This document shows, one piece after another, positions 1-10,208 of a DNA stretch of 64,000 nt; the stretch's first letter is position 1, and each line of letters starts with the position of its first letter. Origin of the DNA: an uncultured Methanosarcinaceae archaeon (GTDB lineage: Archaea; Halobacteriota; Methanosarcinia; Methanosarcinales; Methanosarcinaceae); NCBI GenBank assembly GCA_963721455.1, contig CAVRJG010000046.1, positions 1 through 64,000 on the forward strand, given 5' to 3'. A program made the position numbers and the translations under genes. Under the pieces are notes generated by a model, which saw only the letters and a program-made list of their open reading frames with translations, had not been told where the DNA came from and ran no database searches.

Positions 1-386
1 CTCTGGATTTTATCATCTTTAATTACTATGCAATCTCCAACCGTGAAAACATTATCATCGGGCGGCCTAGTGCCGTCTGGATCTTTAAAGTCTGACTCGC
101 TGAACTCATTCCGAGTTCCGTTGACAAAAAGTATAACTTTGATTTCGTCAAGATCAATAGCGTCTCCCCCTATGTGGAAGATCTGTATGGTATTGTTACT
201 TGTATTGATACTTTCTTGCAGATCGACATGTGGCACATGTGAGGGCTTCTCGACTCCTCTGTCGGAAAATACTGTCAGGGCTATTGCAGAAAAGGCAATA
301 ATTACTATACCTATCATGAGTATCTGCCCTGTCATCTCTGAAATTGCCTGGCAGTCTTCTTTAAACTCCCTGTATTTTTTACCCTC
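1..386 (-). CDS. Type IV pilin paralogue A (DUF1628/Pilin_N-like), runs off the window start; no in-frame start upstream of the leader
   Basis: Manual translation EGKKYREFKEDCQAISEMTGQILMIGIVIIAFSAIALTVFS...HIGGDAIDLDEIK...DNVFTVGDCIVIKDDKIQ, collinear with 741..1916. Not in the ORF track. Confidence 0.8.
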
Positions 387-402
387 TGAGATAAAGCCAC
401 AT

Positions 403-462
403 CCTAAAAACCTTTACTTATTCTTTATACTGTTACTAATTGAATATTAACTTGACTGTCAG
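403..462 (-). promoter_or_regulatory. Conserved pilin upstream element, copy 1
   Basis: Core CTGTTACTAATTGAATATTAA recurs at ~2459 (1 mismatch), ~3029 and ~10237, each directly upstream of a pilin gene. Confidence 0.65.
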
Positions 463-740
463 AGTGAATTATTAATTGCATATTTGACAATAACAGATTG
501 GTAAGGTTAACAATACTCTTTTTGTTTGTTTCGTTTTATGAAAATCATTTGTTTAGTCAAGCATTACGAAACATATAAAATAGAGGACTTGTGACCGACA
601 AACGGGGTGTTTAGTTAAAAAGAGACTTGTTTTTTCATTTGTCTGGATAGTAACTTTTGTCCTAAAACGTTGCTATTTCTTCGTTTTCCTTTTCCTTTCA
701 ACAACAGAATAGAGCCTTAAATTAAAAAACAAGATATTGT

Positions 741-1916
741 TCACTCATGGGTAATATACTGTGAATATACTGTGTATCCTGCAGCTACACCACTATCAAC
801 GGCTGTAGTTCCACCCATATCATGGGGAACCAAAACTTTAGAGAAACCAGTTGCCGTATTATCGGATGCATCTGTAACTTTATAATTTATTGTGTACACT
901 CTGCCATTCCCACTTCCAGTTCTTTCTACTCTTAATTTAACTGTTTGAGGGCCCGTAATATCAATATCCTTCTCTTTATTTCCAGATCCTTTAGCCTGCT
1001 CAGGTTCATCGCTGCTAACTGATGTGATTACTATTTTATCAATGCCCACACTTGCATCACCTGCATCTTTCACTGAAATTACTAAATCGGATATTGAAAT
1101 AGTATCATACTTATGGTTCGGAGGCCAGAGTATTGGATCATGTGGAGTTATCGTCGGTGGAGTTGTATCCTTCACTGTTATGTTAACTGTATCATTAGCT
1201 GAAAGCTGTCCATCGTAGACGTTCAGTGTTACTGTTGTTCTTCCCTGGGGAAGAGAGATCATAGGTTTTACATCGATAGCTGATCTCCCATTCCATGTCC
1301 AGGTATATGTCAATGGTGAAATTAAGCCATCATCAGTGGAATTTGATCCATCAAGAGTTACTGGAGTACCTGATGAATTAGTCAGTTCAACTACTTGATC
1401 AGAACTCGCATTGGCTACAGGTAGTTGGTTTACTGTTGTTTGGAGAACTGTATTCTGGATCACCTGCCGGGACGGTGTGTGCACAAAGAACATTTCTATG
1501 GGATCATTGCTGGTGAGGCCGAGCCCTGTAGTGTTAACATCTATACAGTCCCCAAGCATGAAAAGCCCGTGTTTGGGCTTCTCCTTTCCATCTGAATCCC
1601 GGAATGTAACACAGGAATCGGAGGATACATTGAATTCATGAGTTCCGTTGACACTAAGTACAACTTTAATATCGTTAAGATCAATAGCATCTCCTCCAAT
1701 GTGGATGATCTGTATGGTATTGTCACTTGTATTGATACTTTCTTGCAGGTCGGTATGCGGCATATGTATGGGTTTCACGGCTCCTCCGTCGGAAAATACT
1801 GTCAGGGCTATTGCAGAAAAGGCAATAATTACTATACCTATCAGGAGTATTTGCCCTGTTATCTCTGAAATTGCCTGACAGTCCTCTTTAAATCCCCTGT
1901 ATTTTTTACCCTTCAC
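741..1916 (-). CDS. Type IV pilin paralogue B with C-terminal PKD/Ig-like extension
   Basis: Class III-like leader (KKY..EDCQA|ISE) and hydrophobic helix; H.GG.AIDL motif; then PVANA..VTLDGS.S.D PKD-like segment and an LWPPNHK-containing beta domain. Confidence 0.85.
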   Translation of the reverse strand: MKGKKYRGFKEDCQAISEITGQILLIGIVIIAFSAIALTVFSDGGAVKPIHMPHTDLQESINTSDNTIQIIHIGGDAIDLNDIKVVLSVNGTHEFNVSSDSCVTFRDSDGKEKPKHGLFMLGDCIDVNTTGLGLTSNDPIEMFFVHTPSRQVIQNTVLQTTVNQLPVANASSDQVVELTNSSGTPVTLDGSNSTDDGLISPLTYTWTWNGRSAIDVKPMISLPQGRTTVTLNVYDGQLSANDTVNITVKDTTPPTITPHDPILWPPNHKYDTISISDLVISVKDAGDASVGIDKIVITSVSSDEPEQAKGSGNKEKDIDITGPQTVKLRVERTGSGNGRVYTINYKVTDASDNTATGFSKVLVPHDMGGTTAVDSGVAAGYTVYSQYITHE

Positions 1917-1946
1917 GAAAGAACCGCATCCAAAAAATTAATTTAG

Positions 1947-2426
1947 TTATTCTTTGCTGAGTACAGCTCTCTGGATCACTTGCTTAGACGGCGTGTGCAC
2001 AAAGAACATGTCTATATCGTTGCCACTCGTGATATTTTTATCATTAATTACTATGCAATCTCCAAGAGTGAAAACATTATCATTGAGCCCAATGCTTTTG
2101 TCTTCATCAAAGTCTTCTAACTTGCTGAACTCTTTCTGCCCAGTGGGGAATATGAGTATTATTTTGATTGCCGACAGGTCAATAGCTTCTCCCCCGCTGT
2201 GGATGATCTGTATGGTATCGTCACTTGTATTGATACTTTCTTGCAGGTCGATATGCGGCGTATGCGGGGGCTTCACAACTCCCCCGTCAGAAAATACGGT
2301 CAGGGCTATCCCAGAAAAGGCAAGAACTACTACAGCTATCATGAGCATCTGCCCTATTACCTCTGAAACTGCCTGGCAGTTCTCTCCAAATACCCTGTAT
2401 TTTATATCCTCCACGATAAAAACCAC
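1947..2426 (-). CDS. Type IV pilin paralogue C (core domain only)
   Basis: CQA|VSEVIGQMLMIAVVVLAFSGIAL; HSGGEAIDL; ends at FFVHTPSKQVIQRAVLSKE. Confidence 0.88.
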   Translation of the reverse strand: MVFIVEDIKYRVFGENCQAVSEVIGQMLMIAVVVLAFSGIALTVFSDGGVVKPPHTPHIDLQESINTSDDTIQIIHSGGEAIDLSAIKIILIFPTGQKEFSKLEDFDEDKSIGLNDNVFTLGDCIVINDKNITSGNDIDMFFVHTPSKQVIQRAVLSKE

Positions 2427-2429
2427 CTT

Positions 2430-2478
2430 CTAAAAATTTATTGCTTAACTCCTTTAACTGTTACTAATTGATTATTAA
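2430..2478 (-). promoter_or_regulatory. Conserved pilin upstream element, copy 2
   Basis: CTAAAAATTTATTGCTTAACTCCTTTAACTGTTACTAATTGATTATTAA, nearly identical to 3001-3049. Confidence 0.65.
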
Positions 2479-2495
2479 GGAAGTGCCGCAGGATC

Positions 2496-2997
2496 TCACT
2501 GGAGCACAGCTCTCTGGATCACCTGCCGGGATGGTGTGTGCACAAAAAACATGTCTATGGAATCATCGCTGGTGAGGTCAGACTCCCTTTTCGGCAGTCT
2601 TAATTTCTATGCAATCTCCAAGCATGAAGATACCTTCTTTGGGCACAATATTTCCATCTGGATGCCGGACTGTAACACAGGTATCAGAGAATACATTGAA
2701 CTCAGTCTGAGTTCCGTCGACACTAAGTACAACTTTGATTTCGTCAAGATCAATAGCTTCTCCCCCGCTGTGGAAGATCGATACAGTGTCGGTATCTGTG
2801 TTAATTTTTTCACGCAGGGCAGTATATGGCGTATGCGGGGGATTTACGGCTCCCCCATCAGAAAATACGGTCAGGGCTATTCCAGAAAAGGCCAGCACGA
2901 CTATAGCTATCATGAGCACCTCCCCTATTACCTCTGAAACTGCCTGGCAGTCCTGGCCAAGTGCCCTGTATTTTTTACCCTCCACGATAAAAATCAC
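2496..2997 (-). pseudogene. Type IV pilin paralogue D, +1 frameshift near 2580
   Basis: ORF 2578..2997 stops at GTC TGA; dropping one base restores DLTSDDSIDMFFVHTPSRQVIQRAVLQ*, matching the paralogue C-termini. Confidence 0.8.
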
Positions 2998-3000
2998 CTT

Positions 3001-3066
3001 CTAAAAATTTATTGCTTAACTCCTTAAACTGTTACTAATTGAATATTAACCTGACTGTATGAGAAA
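3001..3066 (-). promoter_or_regulatory. Conserved pilin upstream element, copy 3
   Basis: Same element, extended with TGACTGT.TGAGAAAA shared with the 10209 copy. Confidence 0.65.
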
Positions 3067-3285
3067 AATTCTTAAAGTATGACTGTTAATAAATATCTTA
3101 CTGAAAAAAGTTAATCAGTAATTGCAAATGCCTTTTTAATACATTCAGCAAAAATTTATATAGAAATGAAGAATAAGATGGTATGAAGTTAAAAAATTAA
3201 AAACAGTTTAACTATGAATTTCAGGTGTTAAAAGTATCTGGCAGGCTTTCCTGTCCAAATACCTTTAACCAGGAGGGAGAAACAT

Positions 3286-3775
3286 ATGGATTTCAAGAAA
3301 TTGTTTATGAATAATAAAGCAGTTTCCCCGGTTATCGGTGTCATCCTGATGGTTGCAATTACCGTCATCCTCGCCGCCGCAATCGGATCTTCCGTCTTTG
3401 GACAGGGAACTGCCGAATCCGCACCGCAGGCGAACCTCGACATTCAACCAGCAGGAATTACTGTTGATGGACTTGCATCTATAAGAATCGAGCACCTTGG
3501 TGGAGACCCGATTAATTTCGCTATCACAACGACAAAAATTATGGCATCTGTTAATGGTGGTGACTCTGTTCAGATTGCCCCTGATGCTATTATTACCGGT
3601 ACTGTTACTACCCTTAGTGTTGGTGATGTCAAGAAAACCACATTGAGTCTTAATACTGGTGGAACACAGCTTAAAGACGGAGCTGTATAATCTCGCTTCC
3701 GGTGATACTGTCAATATCAAACTCATCGATGTAAAAACCAATCAGCTCATTTGCAACAAGGATGTAAGATTCTAA
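3286..3775 (+). CDS. Type IV pilin (major-pilin candidate), apparent frameshift near 3686
   Basis: NNKA|VSPVIGVILMVAITVILAAAI is a canonical archaeal pilin N-terminus; GGAGG RBS; TTTATATA near 3155. After the TAA at 3690 another frame gives YNLASGDTVNIKLIDVKTNQLICNKDVRF*. Confidence 0.85.
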
Positions 3776-3786
3776 ACACAAATTTA

Positions 3787-3819
3787 AGCACCTCAAACAG
3801 GTGCTTTCCTCTTTCTTTT
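3787..3819 (+). terminator. Hairpin plus T-rich tract after the pilin
   Basis: AAGCACCT-caaac-AGGTGCTT followed by a pyrimidine/T run, just after the restored stop at 3775. Confidence 0.55.
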
Positions 3820-4683
3820 ACTCAGATTGCTTTTTTCCTGAATTTTCTCGTTGTCTCTCAGGCACGGACTTTTACAGAATTACTTCTAATTCTCGAAGGC
3901 TCTAATGAAGCCATTTTTTGAAAATCGAGTTTCCACTTATATTATCTTTACTGAAAAACAGGGTGAACTCAGACCAATAATATTAAAAAATAATCTCATT
4001 AAATAATTTTACACAATATCCAATTCAAACTATTATACTTTTTTAAATACAGTTTAAAGTTATTCCTCTATTTTTTCCAGGTGAATGAGTAAAAATCTTA
4101 AATTAAATTAAAAAAATTTATTTTTTAAGGCTAAATTCTTTCATTAATTTTTCAGATCAGTTAATTTCAGTTTCGATTTATGAGTGTTTGTAAATAACTG
4201 TTTTGAAGATGATGGTTTTGCCGATGGCGGTTTTGTAGGCATCAATGTAGAGATCTTTGCTTTTTGGGTCGTCCACTATAAAGGGTTAATATTTTGATCT
4301 TCGATTTTTCCAGTGCGGTTGAGATTTCTATCTTCATTTAATCGAAGCCTATTGGCTCCAGCCGTGCATCTGCGCGGGAAATAACGACCGAAAGATGCTA
4401 TTCAGGTTACTCGGGATAATATCAACCGTATAGCCGCAGAACACCTTTTTTGGAAAAGGGAAGTACTGTACAGGTGTTGGCTGAGATTGTAGTCTTTGCC
4501 TTTATGGAGATTACTAAATATGGCTGAGTTTTCGAAATAATTTCCCGGGCTTTTGTGTTTTTTACACGATCTTGATTTCTAAGGAGGCGATTTTGAACTA
4601 TTGCTCTATTCCGGTCAGGTCAAAAAGAAGGGTGAAATTGAGGGTTTTTTTCTAACCGAACCCCTCAACTTCTCTACACAGAC

Positions 4684-6672
4684 TCAAACAAACATGGTGA
4701 AAGCCAGGTAAGTAACTATCACCATGCTTACACTGTACTTCAGTCCCAGATACGCAGAACCCTGTCCCATCTTCCCGGCAATGAGCCCGGAAGTAAAAGC
4801 CTGTACCAGGGCTGAGTGGAACATGAGCATACTGTACTCTGCTACATTGAAATATCCGTTTCCGATTCCTCCAGCCCCCCCTCCCTGGGAAGAGGTTGTG
4901 AATGCGGAAGTTTGCGGGAAGAAATCTGTGGCCAGGATATAGACTATGAAAAGGAAGACGAAAAAGGATACATAGATAGTGACTATGTAGACCACCATTT
5001 GTGACGAGCGCTCTTTTTTCAGCCCTTCCTCGGTCTTAGCCTGTGCAGCAGTAATAGAGAGCACGCTTTTAAGGTCACTTGTAGATTCATTTGCTTTTAC
5101 GAGAATGTGAAGAATCCTGCTTGAAGAAGCTGTTCTGATATTGCTCTCAAGCTTCATGAGGGCTCTTGAAGTGGAAGTTCCCCAGGAAATATCTTCCTTC
5201 AACTTCATAAGTTCTTTGCTTAAGATGCCCATTTTAGATTCTGCTATCATTCTTAAGGAATTTGAAAGCAAAATTCCAGAGTCATTCATGCTGGAAAGGT
5301 TCCTCAACAAATCAGGCAGTCTCTCGTCAATCTTGCGTATCCTCCACGCTCTGATCTCATAAAAAATGATGAAGGGGATCAGGAGAATGACAGTAAAAAT
5401 AATAATATAATCATCAATTGCTGTGGCCATCTGGATGGCGCTATTGCTTACATGATCAAAATTTATGTCCAACAGAGGGCTAAAATTGATACTGTCTGCA
5501 ATCTTTTTTGGAAGATGGGTGAGATAATATAGCCCAAGCGGAACTGCGATGAAAAATGTGTATCTAGGTTCGTCCCGGAAAGTCCTGTAAGGGTTGAACA
5601 GCATGCCTTTGATATGGGAGAGCTGTCTGTACAGCCTGTACTTTTTGCTCCGCTCTTCCTCCTTCTCTTGGGTGAGTCCGGACTCAATCTCTGGAATATC
5701 GGAAAGGTTTATTGAAAAACTGGAAACATTGCCTTCCTTAGGATTAAAAGAAAGTTCTCCCACGGTATCGAGAAGTACCATATAGAGCAGGGTTGCAATA
5801 GGCAATATCACGTAAATAAGCATGTAAAGGATCTGAGCTGAAGCCGGCTTGAAAAACTGCAGTACAACAAGGGTTACCATTATGAAAAGGGGACCTGCCA
5901 CCAGTGCTGTCACGTAAACTTCGGCAAGAACATCAAGCCTCTGTAACAGACTTTTGTTCGCCAGTTCTGCAGTGTACTGGTATTGATCAGCCTTGCTTTT
6001 TATGTACTCGTTTATGGTTCCGCTGCTTGAAACAATGATCAATCCATCAATAAAGTCCTTAAAGACATCTGAAGAGGTACGTTCTTTGGCAGATTTTAGA
6101 GCGCTTATGAAGTCTTTTCCAAGATAGTCCATGTCCCTAACAATATACGATATTTCTTCCGCACTTGCGCCAAATATATGGGTATACCTGTTCAGAGATC
6201 TGAATACATCATAAACCGACATGCCTCCTTTCGTCAGAGCATACATGTAAGTTATTGCCGGAAGCATGGATCTATCTATACAGGCACGCCGGTTATTTAC
6301 CTGAAAATAGGGATAGATGTATACAAGGAAAAATACGGTAAGAAAACAAATAAGGAACACTAAAATGGCGGTTAGAATTGCAAGAAGATAAACATGTTTT
6401 CCTGCAAAACCAGCACTTGTAGAATCCACGAAAAGGCTAAGGCGGGAAACCGGGTCCCCAAAAGTTTTCAGTCCCAGCCATAAGCCGAAAAACCCTCCAG
6501 TAATTCCCGTGATTATCGAATACATGAAGGCAGAGGCCAGATACTGGTCCACTGTCATGGAGATATGGGATTGGCGTATTTTTACCTTTAAATCCTTAAA
6601 GCTTTCTTTATTTTTAAAAAAGAAGTCCCCAAAATATCTGTATGCCAGTCCATCCACAGCAGTATAAGTCAT
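4684..6672 (-). CDS. pilC: Type IV pilus membrane platform protein (T2SS F / TadC / PilC family)
   Basis: Two T2SSF-like repeats with multiple TM helices; C-terminal GLIAGKMGQGS..LGLK; overlaps the ATPase stop. Confidence 0.88.
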   Translation of the reverse strand: MTYTAVDGLAYRYFGDFFFKNKESFKDLKVKIRQSHISMTVDQYLASAFMYSIITGITGGFFGLWLGLKTFGDPVSRLSLFVDSTSAGFAGKHVYLLAILTAILVFLICFLTVFFLVYIYPYFQVNNRRACIDRSMLPAITYMYALTKGGMSVYDVFRSLNRYTHIFGASAEEISYIVRDMDYLGKDFISALKSAKERTSSDVFKDFIDGLIIVSSSGTINEYIKSKADQYQYTAELANKSLLQRLDVLAEVYVTALVAGPLFIMVTLVVLQFFKPASAQILYMLIYVILPIATLLYMVLLDTVGELSFNPKEGNVSSFSINLSDIPEIESGLTQEKEEERSKKYRLYRQLSHIKGMLFNPYRTFRDEPRYTFFIAVPLGLYYLTHLPKKIADSINFSPLLDINFDHVSNSAIQMATAIDDYIIIFTVILLIPFIIFYEIRAWRIRKIDERLPDLLRNLSSMNDSGILLSNSLRMIAESKMGILSKELMKLKEDISWGTSTSRALMKLESNIRTASSSRILHILVKANESTSDLKSVLSITAAQAKTEEGLKKERSSQMVVYIVTIYVSFFVFLFIVYILATDFFPQTSAFTTSSQGGGAGGIGNGYFNVAEYSMLMFHSALVQAFTSGLIAGKMGQGSAYLGLKYSVSMVIVTYLAFTMFV

Positions 6673-8360
6673 GCTCCCCTCTCTTGAGAAGCCATGTCCT
6701 GTATCATATTCTGCAAGGTATCGTTTTCTATATATTCCATAACCATCTTCGGATAGCTCTGGTATGCCTGGACTACAATGGACACCCGGATGTAATCCCT
6801 TATGTTTTTTTCGTACATATAGGTCAGGATTTTTCTTCGATTTTCCATTTCAGCTCTCAACTGAGTGGTATCCCATCCTCGGGAATACATGATCTCCTGT
6901 GCAGTGTGGGAATCCCCTACCTTGGTAAAATAATCTTCTGAAGGTTCCCAGTTGAAAAGCTCATTTATGCCAAGATCCCCTGTCTCAGGGTCAACGTTAA
7001 GGACTTCCACAAGGCTCTGGGTTCTTCTCACTCTTTTCTCTCCTATGTACGCCTGCTTCTGGATACAGAGTACATCAAGAGACTGCAGCATTACGTGAGG
7101 TACATTTATTGGTTCGTGCGTAAGCCTGTTTATAACAGTCTGTACATCTCCTGCGTGCATAGTTGAACTTGTTGCGTGCCCTGTTGACATTGCCTGGAAA
7201 AGAGTAAGGGCTTCACTGCCTCTCACTTCGCCCACAATGATGAAATCCGGACGCTGTCTGAGAGCAGCTCTCAAAAGGTCAAACATGGAAACTTCTCCGG
7301 TAGAGTCTCCAGCAAAACTTTGCCTTGCAATCCCGGAAACCCAGTTGTTGTGGTGGAGTAAGAGTTCCCTTGTATCTTCGATAGAGACTATCTTGGCTGT
7401 GGAAGGCATGAATAGAGATGTAGCATTGAGCATGGACGTTTTCCCCGACGCTGTCCCCCCTGCAAAAAGAATATTGTGGCCGTTTTCGATGACCAGCCAG
7501 AGATATACGAGCATATCAAGGTCGCATGTCTTATAGCCAAGCAGGTCTATGGGAGTCATGGGGTCTGTCCTGAATTTACGAATAGTAAAAGAACTGCCTC
7601 TGGGAGTAATTTCTCTTCCTAAAACAGCCTGAAGCCTCGATCCGTCCTGGAGTCTCGCATCCACTATTGGCTGGCTTACAGAGACATGTTTATTATTCAA
7701 CTGGCACATTTTAATTACAAGGGAATCAAGTTCTTCGTCTTTAAAAGAAATACTACTTTCAATATTGAGATATCCTGTATGATAAATGTAAAGGGGAACT
7801 TCTGCCCCATCGCATGAAATATCTTCTATATAAGGATCATAAAGAAGGGGATTAATTTTTTCGTAACCTAACAGGTTTCTTTTAAGGTAATAAATAATTT
7901 TTTGAAGCGCTGATGTTGAAATTTCAGCCTTATAGCTTTCAAGAAGGAAGAGGGCTTTATCCACAAGAAATGCATCCTTTTCGGATATGGAAGTTGTAGA
8001 ACCCAGAATCAGGATATCCTGGAAATCTTCATAAATTCTCTCAAGGAGCTCCTTCTCAAACTTTGTAAGCGAAGGTTCAACAAGCCTATAATGTCTTGTT
8101 CTGCTGTCTTCCAGAATCGATACAAAATTGTAAGGTTCCTGAAGCCAGTATCTTTCGATTTCTTTTAACCCCTCAGGCACTACAAACTCTACAAGAAGCC
8201 CATCTTTTTCCTTGTCATAAACTGGCAGAGTCCTCAAAGGCTTATCAAAGTAACTTCTTGCTTTTTTTACGATCTCTGATATGGAGTTATTGTCGCCTTT
8301 TTTCCCCAATAATCCCGAAAAAAATTTGATCTTCACTGGCATTTCTTTTAATTCATCCAT
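6669..8360 (-). CDS. pilB: Type IV pilus assembly ATPase (PilB/TadA/ArlI family)
   Basis: Walker A GGTASGKT, IEDTRE Asp box, LRQRPDFIIVGEVRG, TGH..STMHA His box. Confidence 0.93.
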   Translation of the reverse strand: MDELKEMPVKIKFFSGLLGKKGDNNSISEIVKKARSYFDKPLRTLPVYDKEKDGLLVEFVVPEGLKEIERYWLQEPYNFVSILEDSRTRHYRLVEPSLTKFEKELLERIYEDFQDILILGSTTSISEKDAFLVDKALFLLESYKAEISTSALQKIIYYLKRNLLGYEKINPLLYDPYIEDISCDGAEVPLYIYHTGYLNIESSISFKDEELDSLVIKMCQLNNKHVSVSQPIVDARLQDGSRLQAVLGREITPRGSSFTIRKFRTDPMTPIDLLGYKTCDLDMLVYLWLVIENGHNILFAGGTASGKTSMLNATSLFMPSTAKIVSIEDTRELLLHHNNWVSGIARQSFAGDSTGEVSMFDLLRAALRQRPDFIIVGEVRGSEALTLFQAMSTGHATSSTMHAGDVQTVINRLTHEPINVPHVMLQSLDVLCIQKQAYIGEKRVRRTQSLVEVLNVDPETGDLGINELFNWEPSEDYFTKVGDSHTAQEIMYSRGWDTTQLRAEMENRRKILTYMYEKNIRDYIRVSIVVQAYQSYPKMVMEYIENDTLQNMIQDMASQERGA

Positions 8361-8933
8361 ACGATCTCCCTCAATTTCTTAATGAAGTCATATAGGACTA
8401 ATACCTTATAAAAACTTTCGATTATTCGCTTCAACAGAAATATATTTTAACATCAGTTATCTTTGACATTTAACTTTTTTCTAGCTTCTTACCGGATTAT
8501 ACGTTCTCTATCAAAAAAAGCTAAATAAATTTAATTAAAAAGTACGCTATCATATTTCTTACACTGATGAAAGTTAAAGATATCTAAAATTATGCCCCAC
8601 TTCAGATGAGATGAATTTATAATATCGATGCAGAATTAGTGATTAACTTCATAACACAAATTCTTTCTAAAGCATTTACCCCAAATCTTTTTAACATTAT
8701 AAGAAAAATTCTGAAATTTCTTTCTGCCCCTTACCTCAGCCTTCTAGTTTTACGAGTCAGGATTCCACATGAATACCTACAAAGTCAATCCATACATCTT
8801 TATTGTCGCTATTTGAATTTCCAATTGCTGAGAATTTCACTTTGAGGTTTTCAATTTTTCTTGACTGCAAAACAGTAATACTTTAAGTTCCGTGATAGGT
8901 TCAGTTTTATGGATATGTCAAGACATCTTTAAT

Positions 8934-9146
8934 CATGGTAACCTTTTCAATGGTATCCTTTTCATTGGTATCTTTTTAATTGGTATCCTTTCATTGCTAT
9001 TCTTTTTATTGGTATCCTTTTCATTGGATCCTTTCCAATTAGATATGACTTTTCACTGTACCCGTTTTATATGGGTTATGCACCATAACTCATTCTATAT
9101 CCTTTTCCTAATTGTATCCTTTTCATTGGTATCCTTTTCTGGATCC
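8934..9146. repeat. Degenerate ~15-bp tandem repeat (TGGTATCCTTTTCAT), about a dozen units
   Basis: Read directly; units vary in length, with a short interruption at ~9070-9095. Confidence 0.8.
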
Positions 9147-9187
9147 GTATTACAGCGATGATTCTATGAAAACGCTTGTCAATTGAT

Positions 9188-10193
9188 TCAGTCAGCTACA
9201 TCCTGTATCGATGAGCTATCCACCTTTTTATTGGGACCTTTAAGATCAGCAACTTTAATCCAGTCGGGGCCTCCAACATTGATCTCGAGTATCATATCCT
9301 TCTGGCTATTGTCGTGAGAACTATATACTACATCCAAAGAAACATTTTTTAACGGGTCTTTAACATTCAGTTCATATTCTTCTATTCCGAAAGTGAAAAT
9401 TTCAGAAGATGTTACTCCTTTTACCATATGACAGTCTGTTTCAAGCCCATCATTGATCCAGCCAACCAGTTCTGTAGACAGAAATTTTTCGTTGTTATTT
9501 CCTGATTTATCACATATACTCCCATACGGGTAAGGAGTAATCCATTCAGGACGTTCCAGATAATGATAACCGTCTGTAAAGCATCTGTTAGTTCTGGAAT
9601 ACAATCTGACTCGGTCATCAATTCCGGTGTGTGCACAATATCTAACATTGCACTCCCATCTCAGAGTTTCAACCCCGCTCATGAAGCGATTTCTATGCAA
9701 CGGATGTTCGAAAAGAACATAAGCTTTTTGAAAAAAGGATTTACACCTGAGATTGATAATACTATGGAACAGATATTCTCGTTGACAGGAGATGTTGTTG
9801 CAAGGCGATCATCAGATGGAATTGCTACCTAATTTTGTCCAGGTTTTTGACCTTTTGAATATCAGAGCTGTTGAACTGGAAAATGGGCCGATTTTCACCA
9901 TTGATGGGGCTGAGTATTTATGTGGATAGCTACAGGTGAATGGAAGCTTCGATCTAAATCTGACTTTATAGCGATAGGTATCGAATAATCTGACAGATAT
10001 CGGAAGTTTGTGTAAAAATTTTCATGCAGGTCGATAAGCGGGAAATGCGGAGGATTTAAAATTCCTCTTGGAAACTACTTTAAGGGCTATCCCAGAAAAA
10101 GCCAGAACTACTATAGCTATCATTAGAACCTGCCCATTACATCTGAAACTGCTTTGCAGTCTTCTACAAATCCCTTTATTTTTTACCCTCCAT
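9188..10193 (-). pseudogene. Decayed pilin paralogue E with a distinct C-terminal domain
   Basis: ATG at 10193: MEGKKIKGFVEDCKAVSDV, frameshift, then GQVLMIAIVVLAFSGIAL...PPHFPLIDL. Distal ORF 9188..9700 (WITPYPYGS...) is a probable C-terminal remnant. Confidence 0.65.
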
Positions 10194-10208
10194 GACAAGA
10201 GCTACATT

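Noticed and set aside
28-3004. Plus-strand ORFs 28..450, 1648..1878, 1954..2433 and 2735..3004, similar to each other
   Set aside because: Antisense shadows of the paralogous pilin genes
2570-3700. Slipped-strand phase variation of pilins
   Set aside because: Neither pilin frameshift lies in a homopolymer or short tandem repeat
8934-9146. Possible CRISPR array
   Set aside because: Units are ~15 bp, contiguous and degenerate, with no unique spacers and no cas genes nearby
8892-9161. 89-aa hydrophobic ORF
   Set aside because: By-product of the T-rich tandem repeat
1-10193. Diversity-generating retroelement or shufflon behind the pilin variation
   Set aside because: No reverse transcriptase or recombinase in the window, no adenine-specific TR/VR pattern noticed, no inverted recombination sites
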